DNA of 32,650 nt from Thraustochytrium aureum (GCA_012862495.1 BLSG01000122.1:196312-228961); one strand, 5' to 3'; shown: positions 1 to 10,289, numbered from the stretch's first letter. The notes: a model not told the origin generated them from the sequence alone. Numbers and translations are program-made.

Positions 1-466
1 TACTCGTAGTGTGGTGTGGTAGAGTACTCACGGGCTGCGACACATGGCCGCTTTCGTGACGAGTAGAGTGGACCACCTACCGCGCTCTCGATGCCTCCTG
101 GCGGCCCTGCTGCTGCAGCCTCGGCCGCCATCTGGCCCTGCGAGGAGGCTCGCAGTCCAAACGAAGCCACTCTACATGTAGATTTGTCAGAGTCCGATGT
201 GGGAGGCATTAGCGTCGCGTCTTGCACAGGCGAGACCCCACAATTCAAACAAGAAGCTCGAGCCGCGCGACAAACGTAAGCACGACAAGGAGACACGGCG
301 GGATGCAGAGGGGAAGACGCGGAGCGGCGCACCCTGGGTTCCTGCCAAGGGCGCCCTCAAGCTCGAGCTGGCTAAAAAAGGGTGGTTCAGGTTTGGCAAA
401 CACTCCGGCGAAAGCGTCTAAAAATGCCCTCTAGGGGCCTATCTCTGGCCAGCGACACCAGGCATG

Positions 467-2023
467 CTAGTACGGAGCCTCGACCTCCTGCACGATGTGC
501 CGCGCAAAACGGTAAGACTCGACGTCGAGCGGGCACGCAACACCGTGGCGCTCAACAACGGGAACCGCGTCGTGGCCAACGCCGCGCGCCGCCTCCTGCG
601 CGAGGTCCACCTTGTAACGCTGCAGGATCGCGCAGGAAGCGGCCCGCAGCAGGGTAAGCGCAAATGTGAATCCCACGCACATCCTGTCGTGCGCGCCAAA
701 CGCGGCAAACGACCTGCGCGCCAAGCGCGCCTGCACAGTGTCGCCCATGAAGCGTTCCGGCACGCAGCAGTCCGTGTCGGGCCCAAAGCACCGCTCATCT
801 CGCATCGCCACCCCCATGGCCACGGTGACATGCGTCCCGCCCGGGACTGCGATGCCTTGGAGGGTGATGCCCTCCCCTGCGCCAACGCAACGCCGCACCA
901 AGGGCACTGTGCAGCGCAGCCGCAGGCTCTCCTGGATAACGGCGTCTAAAAAGGGCAACTCCTTTGTGTCTGCCAGCGTCGGGCCGAGGCGCCGGCCCAC
1001 GTTGTCAACAATCTCCTCGTGCAGTTTGTTCTGCACGTCCTGGTGCCGCGCCAGTAAATCGAGCAGCCAAAAGAGGCTAGATTGGGTTGTGGCGGCCGCG
1101 CCGTGGAAGAGGGACAATAGCGCACTAACAGCCTCACGGCGATCCAGCGCTGGGCGCCCGGGGTCTTCACCTTGGCGGACCAAAACCGTCAGCGGCGCCC
1201 GGTCCATTTCGTACCGCTTCGGGTTGGCCTGCACTCGCTCCGCGTGCTCGTCCAGGATAGTCGAGCACAAGTCGACCAGCTGCTTTCGCACCGCCGAGTA
1301 TTCGCGGTCCAGCCACCGTGGGGCGAAACGTTTGAGGCCCATTTCTCGCTCGCCGTCCGATTCCAGGAGCCAGGTGTATGCCTGGTGAATAAACTTGCCA
1401 TGCGCCTCCCAGGCTTCCCCGAACAAGACTCGGCCCACCACGTCTTGCGACATCGGCCCCAAGGCGTCGAAAAGGTGCACGTCGGCTTTACCCCACGGCC
1501 TGATGTTGCGCGAAAAACGTTGAATAGCGCACTCGTGAACGCGTTGGAGCGCTTCTTGCGTACCGACCAACGCGCCATAGCAGAGTCGCAGGCGCTTGGC
1601 TGCGCGCGGGTCGTTTTCGTGAAGCAGGCTCGTCGAGCCAAGAAAGTCAAGCGACCCGTCGTCGGGTCGCCGAATCGCCTTGCGCAGCACCTCCTGCGCC
1701 CCTTCCCCGCTCATCACCGAGAGGTTGAGCCGCGGGCCAACCCAGAAGCGGCAAAGGTCCCCTCGACCTTCGTGGACCCAGAGAAGGAATGCCTGGTGCA
1801 AGCCGCCGCGCGCCGCCAAGTCGCCGAGGTTGCCAAAGAGCGTAGAGGCAGGTGGTCCGTCAAACCTCCGGTTCATCGCCTCCCGAAACCGGATAAATCG
1901 AACCAGCTTGCTCACGGCGTAGACTCCCAGGACACTGGCAAGCGCGCGGAGCACTCGCCACGCGCGCTGAACAACCAGCGCGCCGCTCTGAGCGCGCTGC
2001 ACTATCGCAGACTGCTGCGCCAT
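467..2023 (-). CDS. Cytochrome P450, 518 aa, N-terminal membrane anchor
   Basis: Hydrophobic anchor, then GPP..LFGNL; K-helix ExxR (QESLRL); PERF (VPERF); heme motif FAAFGAHDRMCVG; I-helix FHGAAATTQS. Confidence 0.95.
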   Translation of the reverse strand: MAQQSAIVQRAQSGALVVQRAWRVLRALASVLGVYAVSKLVRFIRFREAMNRRFDGPPASTLFGNLGDLAARGGLHQAFLLWVHEGRGDLCRFWVGPRLNLSVMSGEGAQEVLRKAIRRPDDGSLDFLGSTSLLHENDPRAAKRLRLCYGALVGTQEALQRVHECAIQRFSRNIRPWGKADVHLFDALGPMSQDVVGRVLFGEAWEAHGKFIHQAYTWLLESDGEREMGLKRFAPRWLDREYSAVRKQLVDLCSTILDEHAERVQANPKRYEMDRAPLTVLVRQGEDPGRPALDRREAVSALLSLFHGAAATTQSSLFWLLDLLARHQDVQNKLHEEIVDNVGRRLGPTLADTKELPFLDAVIQESLRLRCTVPLVRRCVGAGEGITLQGIAVPGGTHVTVAMGVAMRDERCFGPDTDCCVPERFMGDTVQARLARRSFAAFGAHDRMCVGFTFALTLLRAASCAILQRYKVDLAQEAARGVGHDAVPVVERHGVACPLDVESYRFARHIVQEVEAPY

Positions 2024-2645
2024 CTTGGGCTGGGCGACTTTGGGCTTTTCAGGATTGCGTCACACTTACCACACAGGCGAAAGCCGGCTCTCGGGCTTCC
2101 GCCGGCCTCCGCTGCTGTAGGTCGCTGCGCAGCTCCTGGGGTCTCTGCTCGCTCGCGTTGCAGGCCTGGCCGGGATGCCCCTTGCGGTTTGGTGCTTGTC
2201 AACAGGCGAAAAAACCAGACGAGGGAAATCGAGGTCCACGGATGAAGAAGATAGGACACGACTGATGTGAGAGACGGTTGCCCGCCTCGCCTCAACCCCC
2301 CATGCGGTCCTTAGCCGTGACGGCAGGCAAGCCGCGGCGCGCCTCATGGATGCCGCTCGTCGTCGTCTTCTTCTTCCGGAGTCCGCTCTGTCAGCTGTGG
2401 GGTGAAAGGTGTTGATTGATCTTGAAAGATGAAACGTCGGGGCCCGAGCGGCGCACCTGCGGCGGCGCAGCCAATGTCGACGTTGATGTTGTGATGGTCC
2501 GTGCCGTTTAGAGTTGCAGGTTGGACACCGCCGCGCGATGGCCGGCGCTGCCGCCCGGGGCCTATGCTGGACGCTGGCGGCCATGCTCCTCGCTTGTCTG
2601 CTCGAGCGTCTCTCTCACTCCCTCTCTCGCTCGTGCTAGCTCTGG

Positions 2646-3638
2646 CTAGCTGAGAGAGCACGAGCCGAGCAAGGCCGGGAACGCGCGGTCGAGCAGCGCG
2701 AGCGCAACGCCACTCGCCACAGGCATAACAAAGTTGTCGTCCACCCCAACCTCGAGGCGCTCCGCGCCGGCGCCAACAAGGCCAATCAGGAGCGCCCCCG
2801 GGAGCTGCCCCGCGAGCCACACCAAGTCCATAATGGCAAGCGGGGCGCACTCGTAAGCCTTGTAGGCAATGGCGACTGCCGAGCACGACACCATCGCGCC
2901 GAGCGACCCTGCGGCGCTCTTGCCCTTTGCCCGAGCATCGGTCCCAAGCCAAGAGTTGGCTTTTGCGAGGGTTCCGGCGAGGCCCGCCGCAGGATCGCCA
3001 AACGAAAGCAAAAGGATGCTCAGGTTGAATATGCGGCGTTCGAAGAGCGCACTGCACAGCGCGNNNNNNNNNNNNNNNNNNNNNNNNNNNNNNNNNNNNN
3101 NNNNNNNNNNNNNNNNNNNNNNNNNNNNNNNNNNNNNNNNNNNNNNNNNNNNNNNNNNNNNNNNNNNNNNNNNNNNNNNNNNNNNNNNNNNNNNNNNNNN
3201 NNNNNNNNNNNNNNNNNNNNNNNNNNNNNNNNNNNNNNNNNNNNNNNNNNNNNNNNNNNNNNNNNNNNNNNNNNNNNNNNNNNGATCTCGTGCGGACGCG
3301 CAATCGTTGCAAAGTTGTCCACGAGGAACTGCTGCAGCGCCGGTACGCGCAGTCGAGCGAAGTGCACGCTCAAGAACCACAGCGCGCACGCCGCGAGCGT
3401 CCCGGTCACTTGTGCAGGAGTGAGCCACCTCGACTCTGCCACTACCACGAACGCCACGCCAGTTGCCGCGTGCTGAGCGCGCCTCGCCAAGTGCAGCCCG
3501 CGCGACGCCTCTAGGGACGCTCGCAGAGGGACCTGGCCCCGTCGGCCTGCTGATCAAGTACTGTAGCGCGAGGGTGGCAGCGACAGCGGCTCCCACGGCC
3601 AGCCCCGTCGTCGACCCGCTTGCCCCGTGCTCCGCCAT
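2646..3638 (-). CDS. CTP-dependent diacylglycerol/phytol/dolichol kinase family membrane protein (one frameshift at ~3490-3550; gap at 3064-3283)
   Basis: ATG at 3638 (MAEHG... with a TM segment). The +1 frame gives LHLARRAQHAATG...IARPHE. After the gap: LSFGDPAAGLAG, GKSAAGSLG and DDNFVMP, which are motifs of the DGK1/VTE5/SEC59 cytidylyltransferase-like family. Confidence 0.85.
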   Translation of the reverse strand: MAEHGASGSTTGLAVGAAVAATLALQYLISRPTGPGPSASVPRGVARAALGEARSARGNWRGVRGSGRVEVAHSCTSDRDARGVRAVVLERALRSTARTGAAAVPRGQLCNDCASARDXXXXXXXXXXXXXXXXXXXXXXXXXXXXXXXXXXXXXXXXXXXXXXXXXXXXXXXXXXXXXXXXXXXXXXXXXXALCSALFERRIFNLSILLLSFGDPAAGLAGTLAKANSWLGTDARAKGKSAAGSLGAMVSCSAVAIAYKAYECAPLAIMDLVWLAGQLPGALLIGLVGAGAERLEVGVDDNFVMPVASGVALALLDRAFPALLGSCSLS

Positions 3639-4129
3639 CTCGCCGCCGCAGCGCCTGGCAACTCGCTGCTTGCGCGCCGCAGGAGCTCTGAGTCTGCACC
3701 TCCAACCGCGGCCCCTGGGCACGCCTCAAGCTCTCGGGAGACGGCTCGCGTGGATCTGTCTGTGGGCGAGCCACGAGCAGCAAGGGCCTCGTGTCGTCGT
3801 CGATGTGCGCGCTTCGTGCTGGCCAGGCGGCCTGATGGCCGCTGCAGGTCTTGTGCGCCGCGCGCGCGGGCAGGGGGGGGGGTTCTAGAGGGCTGGCCTG
3901 TGCTTCACCAGCAAGCTCTTCTGGTAGTTGTAGTAGTGAGAGAGATAGCTAAGGGTTGACGCACAAGCCGCGCGGTCTGCGCAAAGGCCTCGACGCCTCG
4001 GAACCGACCGCGAAGACCACTACGCGCCCCTGTATAGAGTTTGGATTGCCAGCTGCGTGCGCAGCGACGTAGAATTGACCACTTCGGCGCCGCGAAGGGA
4101 ACTGCATCGCGGGCGGTCTTGCGCGTGGA

Positions 4130-5277
4130 TCAAAGTGAAGCCGTTTGGCGCTTCGTAGCGCCCCCGACTTGGCCGGGAGCGCCGCCCACGCTCGTTTGAC
4201 GCCGCCTACCGCAGCAGCAGCAGCAGCAGAGGCCGTAGTACAATGTGGAAGTGGCAAGCCACCAGACCAACCGAAAGAGAGGCCCAACCGAGAGAACGCA
4301 GACGATGCCGACGACAACAGCGATCACCATGTCAATGACCTCCTCCGCGTTCGCAGAAAGCTGGGGCACACTTGTCTGGCGCTTTAGGTTGGCGATACAC
4401 TGCTTGCGGAAAGCGTGGTACTTGACGTGGGCCGCGGCAGACTGTTTGGACGCTGCAGCTTGCACCGTCGACAAGCCTTGCTTGAAGCCGCGAATTGCCT
4501 CACTCAGGTGGGGCTCCACCTCAGCTTCGTACTGTGGGCGGACCTTTTCGAACTCGGCCTCGGCGCGCTGGCGCACGGTCTTCGCAGCTGCGAAGACCGG
4601 CTCGAGATGGGGCATGACCTCTGCGTCGGCCCAAGCCCACGCCTTGGCCAAGCCTGGGGTCACTTTTGTGTGGTAGACCACGGAGACGTAATCGCGCGTC
4701 TCAACAAAGTGAGCTTTGGCCCGGGCCGCGGCGATCAGGTACAAGGGCTGCGCGGCGATAGCAGACGCCTTCTTGAGACGCGCCACCTCGGCATCGTGCA
4801 GGCGTTTCTCCTTGTTGAGATCGCTGTTCAGGCGATCAAGTTTGCTCTGCAGCAGCTTGTTCGAGGCCTCAGCCGCCTTGGCGGCGCTCAGGGCCTCGCT
4901 CAGCTTGATTTCCTTCTCCTTTTGCGAGGCTGCGCTCGCCTTGTGGTCGTCCAGTTGGCGCTTGAGGTCAGCCACCTGCGCGTCGCATTCAGAAGTTTCG
5001 GCGGTTTGCCCGTCGGGGTTCTTGCCACGTTTCGAAAGCGTGCGCTCGAGTTCGCCACGAACCGCCTCGAGTTGCTCGACTTTGTTCTGCAGCTCGTCCA
5101 AGCGCACCACCTTCGCCTGCAGCGCTTCCAGCTCGATCTTGGCGCGCTCGAGCTCCGCCTCGGCTTCTGGCGCTCGGCACTCCTTGGCAGCCTCTGCTGC
5201 AGCCTCTGCTGCAACCCCGGTACCGCAGCCACAACGACGGCCAAACCCACAGCCCACCGCTTGCCAAGCCTGACCAT
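4130..5277 (-). CDS. Uncharacterised protein: signal peptide, long coiled coil, amphipathic helices, C-terminal TM and hexa-Cys tail (one frameshift at ~5215)
   Basis: GAGG-ATG at 5277 gives MVRLGKRWAVGLAVVVAAVPG. Restoring one base at CCCC 5215-5218 joins it to the E/K/A/L heptad frame. TM segment VIAVVVGIVCVLSVGPLF, then YYGLCCCCCCGRRR. An upstream start near 5956 cannot be excluded. Confidence 0.7.
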
Positions 5278-5623
5278 CCTCGCCACCAGCCCTTGCACGC
5301 CTTCCAAGCGCGCTTCCTGCTCTTCGCNNNNNNNNNNNNNNNNNNNNNNNNNNNNNNNNNNNNNNNNNNNNNNNNNNNNNNNNNNNNNNNNNNNNNNNNN
5401 NNNNNNNNNNNNNNNNNNNNNNNNNNNNNNNNNNNNNNNNNNNNNNNNNNNNNNNNNNNNNNNNNNNNNNNNNNNNNNNNNNNNNNNNNNNNNNNNNNNN
5501 NNNNNNNNNNNNNNNNNNNNNNNNNNNNNNNNNNNNNNNNNNNNNNNNNNNNNNNNNNNNNNNNNNNNNNNNNNNNNNNNNNNNTTCCCTGCTCTTCGCG
5601 GTCTGCGCAAGCTCCTGCTCAAG

Positions 5624-5625
<2 letters not shown>

Positions 5626-5654
<29 letters not shown>

Positions 5655-5735
5655 GGTGCGTTCGGCGTCCGCGTTCGGGGTCTGCTCGGCTCCGTTTTGG
5701 GGCTTGGGCGTCGTCGTCGTCGTCGTTGTTGTTGT
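5626..5735. repeat. (CTG)n, (GTC)n and (GTT)n trinucleotide microsatellites
   Basis: Directly visible tandem trinucleotides. Confidence 0.9.
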
Positions 5736-6153
5736 TCTCGTCGCTGGTGGTGCTGGCTGGTGCTGGCTGGTTGGTGGATAGAGTACTCGGCCTGCTTGAA
5801 CAAGACGGTTTGTTGTGCTCGAGTGAGTACGCCAGTGGGGAGCGTCCCCTGCGAACCGGGAAGAGTCAGTGCGAGGCAGAGTAAGTAATCACCACCGCAG
5901 AGCACGAGTAGAGCTCGAGCTAGAGCTCTACTAGCTAGCGCGTCCGCACGTTTCATGCAGCTGCAGGCAGGCCTCTCTCTAGAGCTAGACCTACTCGAGC
6001 CTACTCGAGCGAGCAGGACACTGTGGCGTCCGCCGCATCCGCCGCGAACGAACTAACCGTCGCGTTGAAATCGGAACAACCGCCAGCAAATGGAGTGGTG
6101 CAAGGCGAGCAGGACGCGCCAGCCCTCGAACATGCGTCGCGTCTGATTGAACG

Positions 6154-6207
6154 CGGACAGACAGACAGACGGACGGACGGACGGACGGGCGGACGGACGG
6201 GCGGACG
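6154..6207. repeat. (ACAG)n/(GGAC)n tetranucleotide microsatellite
   Basis: ggacagacagacagacggacggacggacggacgggcggacggacgggcggacg. Confidence 0.9.
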
Positions 6208-6520
6208 AGCTGGGGCAGCGCGTAGGGGCGCGGCGAGAAGGCCCTGCAAGGTTCGCCAGGGCTGGCCGTCTGGGTGAGCGCTTGGTGAATACCTGAAGAC
6301 CTACCCACCTACCTACTCGCCTGCCGCTCACGGTGCGTCAGGAGTACGCGTCGGGGATGAAGCGGAGCAGCCGCGTCGCCTCGGACTCGCACAGGACGCG
6401 AAGGGGAGGAGTGCTGGCTGTCGCTGCGGCCCCGCGCAAGTGCGCATTGATGACACTCTAGTTTTGCGCGGTGAGGTTCCAAGGCAGGCACTTACTCTCG
6501 GCCTCGTGGCGCGACTCGCG

Positions 6521-8068
6521 ATGAAGCGGCAGCGGCCCGCAAGCCCCAGCTCGGAGCGGGAGCAAGCCCATGGAGGCGCGCAGGGGATGGAGTGCACAGT
6601 GTGCAGCCTCGTAATGGGCGTCGATGGAGACCACCAGGCGACGGCCCTCAAGTGCGGGCACGTATTCGGGTTTAAATGCATCATCAAGTGGATCAAGCAG
6701 CAGCGCAAGTCTGCCGCCTGCCCGCTCTGCTGCGTGGTTGCCAAACCCAGTGACGCTCGGCGGCTCTTTCTGCCAAAAGGCACCGTGCTGGTCGACACAG
6801 GGAACGAGAGCGCGCTGCGCCGCAAGCTCGAGCACGAGACCGAACTGCGCGTCGCGTGCGAGACGGAACTCGCACGCATCAAGGTCGGCGCAGCGCGCCG
6901 CTCTTCCGGCCCTGACCCCTCGGTCGCCAAGGCCGCCCAGCAGTGCCCCAAAGCGCAAACAGTCGTTTTGCGCGAACCGTGCCCCGAAGCAGAGGCGCGA
7001 GCGCGCGCTGTGGACTCCGAGAACAAACGCTTGCGAGCAGAGGTCGCGCAGTTGCGATCAAAGCTTGCCTCTGTGGCCCGCCAGGTGCGCATGCCTCTGC
7101 AAGTGCCCCTAAGGGAGGGGCGCGTCGGCGCCTGGGACAGCGTCAACAGTAGAATCGTTGTTTCAGACGGCCTCGACGTCGTACTTGTCTGTCCAACGTC
7201 GGGTCGCGAGGAGCACCGAATCCGCAACGTCCACAGCGCCCCCATCCGCGCCATGTGCCTTTGGCAGAGCCAGAGTGCAAGCGGCACGACGCAGGTGCTG
7301 ACTGCCTCGCTCGACAAGACCGCTTGGCTTGGGTCTTGTAAAGCAGGCGACTCGATCGGGGCGAGGCAGGTCTCCGGATCCACTTTGCAGCCCCTGTCTG
7401 GTCCTGCGCAGTTGTCCCTGGAACGAACTGGTGCGCTTGTGGCTTGGCGAACGGCGAGCTGGTCCTCGACGGCTGCGCGACGAGCGGCTCTGCTGCAGGG
7501 CCGCTGCCACGGATCGCAAAGCAGCTGGGACGAGGCCCGATCCATAGCGTTAGCGGGTGCTGCTACGAAACGCTTCTGGTGGGTGCCTTGAAGGGAACGC
7601 TGTTGGTCGAGGTGGGGCGCGAGGGTTTCGTTCGCGTTGTGGACTTTACGTCAACGCTGGCGAGCCAGCTGGGCCAGGCGTGCTGCGGACTCGACGCCTT
7701 CCCACGTTCCAACCTCGTCGTTGCATCCTACAGGCAAGCTGGGGCGAATCCCGCGCGCCACGTTGTGTACAAACTTTCCAAACTCTTGAGCAGCGATGGG
7801 GCCGAGCGCCGCGGAGCAATGCTTGGCAGCGTGGGCGGGTTTTCGATGAAAATGGCATTCGCTCGCGTCGCCGTGAGCCGCACTGGCCGCCTCTTCTCCA
7901 ACTCGGTTGGCGAACAAGGCGACGAGGTCCTCAGCTGGAACCTGACGCAGCTTGGGGCGCAAGACTCGATTGCGCCTGCGGCTTTGAGGCCCCTCGACCG
8001 GCCCCAACAGCCGTGCGCCGGCGACGAGGTCGGCCCCGAGCCGGTTTGGCGCTCGTCTGCTCGCCAAG
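6521..8068 (+). CDS. RFWD3: RFWD3-like RING, coiled-coil and WD40 E3 ubiquitin ligase (frameshift at ~7333-7380; 3' end in gap)
   Basis: RING CTVC...LKCGHVFGFKCIIKW...CPLC with the Gly-substituted ligand typical of RFWD3, followed by a coiled coil. WD motifs VHSAPIRAM and TASLDKT, then in the -1 frame PVWSC...GLANG. Confidence 0.8.
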
Positions 8069-8594
8069 NNNNNNNNNNNNNNNNNNNNNNNNNNNNNNNN
8101 NNNNNNNNNNNNNNNNNNNNNNNNNNNNNNNNNNNNNNNNNNNNNNNNNNNNNNNNNNNNNNNNNNNNNNNNNNNNNNNNNNNNNNNNNNNNNNNNNNNN
8201 NNNNNNNNNNNNNNNNNNNNNNNNNNNNNNNNNNNNNNNNNNNNNNNNNNNNNNNNNNNNNNNNNNNNNNNNNNNNNNNNNNNNNNNNNNNNNNNNNNNN
8301 NNNNNNNNNNNNNNNNNNNNNNNNNNNNNNNNNNNNNNNNNNNNNNNNNNNNNNNNNNNNNNNNNNNNNNNNNNNNNNNNNNNNNNNNNNNNNNNNNNNN
8401 NNNNNNNNNNNNNNNNNNNNNNNNNNNNNNNNNNNNNNNNNNNNNNNNNNNNNNNNNNNNNNNNNNNNNNNNNNNNNNNNNNNNNNNNNNNNNNNNNNNN
8501 NNNNNNNNNNNNNNNNNNNNNNNNNNNNNNNNNNNNNNNNNNNNNNNNNNNNNNNNNNNNNNNNNNNNNNNNNNNNNNNNNNNNNNNNNNNNNN

Positions 8595-9839
8595 GCCGCG
8601 CAGTGAAAAGGTGCCGCACGCGGCCGAGGCGATCTTGGCGGGCGGGTCGAACTTGACGAGCTGCGGCTTGCACGTGAAGGCCCCCGGCTCGTCTGCGTTG
8701 TCGCTTACGAGCTCGACGCCGAGCTGGTTGCTGTCTGCGCGACCAAAGGTGTAGACCTGGCCCTCGTGCGTGAGAGCCATGCTCGAGTGCTCGCCGCCGT
8801 ATATCGAGTTGATCCCAAGCTCGTTCAGCGCAGGGACCGGAACGAGCTGGTCAGTTAGCGTGCCCGCTGGAAGGGCGAGCTGGCCGTACTGGTTGAGGCC
8901 GCAGGCGCAGACGCGGCTACGCACCGCAAGAAGGACGAACGAGTGGTGGCTCCCCGCAGCAACGTATCGCGCATTCGACACCGGGCCCCCGGACTCTTTA
9001 AAAGTCATCACGCGCGGGGTCAGGTGGTCGCGCAGCACCGAGTCCTTTTGGTACACGTCGCGCTCGTCCTTGAGATCGCACACCTTGCGACCGAGCTGGC
9101 CGGCCTCGTCGATGCCCCACGAGTACACAGTCCCGTCACCGCAGAGCGCCAACGTGTGGCTCGCCCCAGACGCGATCTGCGTCACGCCGCCGTGCGCTGC
9201 AACGTTGCTCACCTCATCCACCAAGACGGGGACGGATTGCGACTTGCGGAAGGCCTCTTCCCCGCTCGCGGCGCGAAACCAGTTGCGCCCGTCCTTGTCT
9301 TTGTAGGCCCCCCAGATGTAGACCTGGCCGGTGAGGGTGAGGGCCACGGTGTGGCAGTCGCCCGCAGAGACGCCAACCACAAAGGCCTTGGCCTGCAGAG
9401 CTGTCACAGGGGCTGGGTAGTTTTCGTCGCCCTCGCGCCCCAGGCTCCCGTCGTCAGAGCAGCCCCAGGACCACACGACGCCGTCCTCGGCGCACACCAC
9501 GGCGTTGTGCATGCCGCCGCAGGCCACGGCGCCCACAGACTTTTGACCGGAGCGTGTCGTTCACACGCAGTCGATTCACAACATGTCCGTGTCCCCGTGG
9601 TCGACGCCAAAGCCGAGCTGGCCGCAGTCCCCGGTGCCGCACGCCGCGACAGTGCCTGCGGTGCAGTACTTGGCGCGCAGCTGCTCCGCGTGCGTGACAT
9701 AGTCCTGGCAGCCTTCCTCCCACGTCGCAAACGGGTTGGCCTTCTGGTTGCTCTCCAGCCACTGGAAAAACGTGCGGTTCAAGTTGCCGACCTGCCTCTC
9801 GTACTCGAGCTCGAGCTCGTCGCTGCGCTTGCGCTTCAT
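8595..9839 (-). CDS. RCC1: RCC1-family (RanGEF-like) beta-propeller with N-terminal basic NLS and Nup50-like domain (two compensating frameshifts at ~9585 and ~9541; 3' end in gap)
   Basis: GAGG-ATG at 9839 (MKRKR). RCC1 repeats GTGDCGQLG, VACGGMH, WSWGCSDDGSLGR, VSAGDCHT...VYIWGAYKD, IASGASH...YSWG...GQLGR, GLNQYGQL and GGEHSS...YTFGRADSNQLG match true RCC1/Prp20 in blade order. Confidence 0.9.
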
Positions 9840-10289
9840 CCTCGCGCTCGCTCGCGTCGCGCAGCCGGCCGCAGCCCCGTCTCCACCGCCACGAGCGCCT
9901 CGCGCGNNNNNNNNNNNNNNNNNNNNNNNNNNNNNNNNNNNNNNNNNNNNNNNNNNNNNNNNNNNNNNNNNNNNNNNNNNNNNNNNNNNNNNNNNNNNNN
10001 NNNNNNNNNNNNNNNNNNNNNNNNNNNNNNNNNNNNNNNNNNNNNNNNNNNNNNNNNNNNNNNNNNNNNNNNNNNNNNNNNNNNNNNNNNNNNNNNNNNN
10101 NNNNNNNNNNNNNNNNNNNNNNNNNNNNNNNNNNNNNNNNNNNNNNNNNNNNNNNNNNNNNNNNNNNNNNNNNNNNNNNNNNNNNNNNCCCCTGTTGCGT
10201 GGCGGCGGCGCGGGGCACGGAAGGAAGAGCGCGGGTGGGCTGAAGGCGGTGGGCGCGCGGGCGGCTGTCGATGGGGCGAGCGGAGCAAC

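Noticed and set aside
91..434. Short plus-strand ORFs at the window start
   Set aside because: No recognisable domain. They could be the frameshifted end of an upstream gene, but this cannot be supported from the window
5585..5956. Poly-Gln/poly-Arg N-terminal ORF of the 608-aa call
   Set aside because: Microsatellite-derived and TA-rich. The ATG at 5277 gives a clean signal peptide, so this is probably 5' UTR, though not fully excluded
9541..9590. Two in-frame TGA codons inside RCC1 (possible readthrough, selenocysteine or TGA=Trp)
   Set aside because: The -1 frame over this stretch (VVNRLRVNDTLRSK) fits an RCC1 linker better, so two compensating indels explain it. TGA is a normal stop in ISY1, NIPA and FucT C, and no GT-AG intron restores the frame
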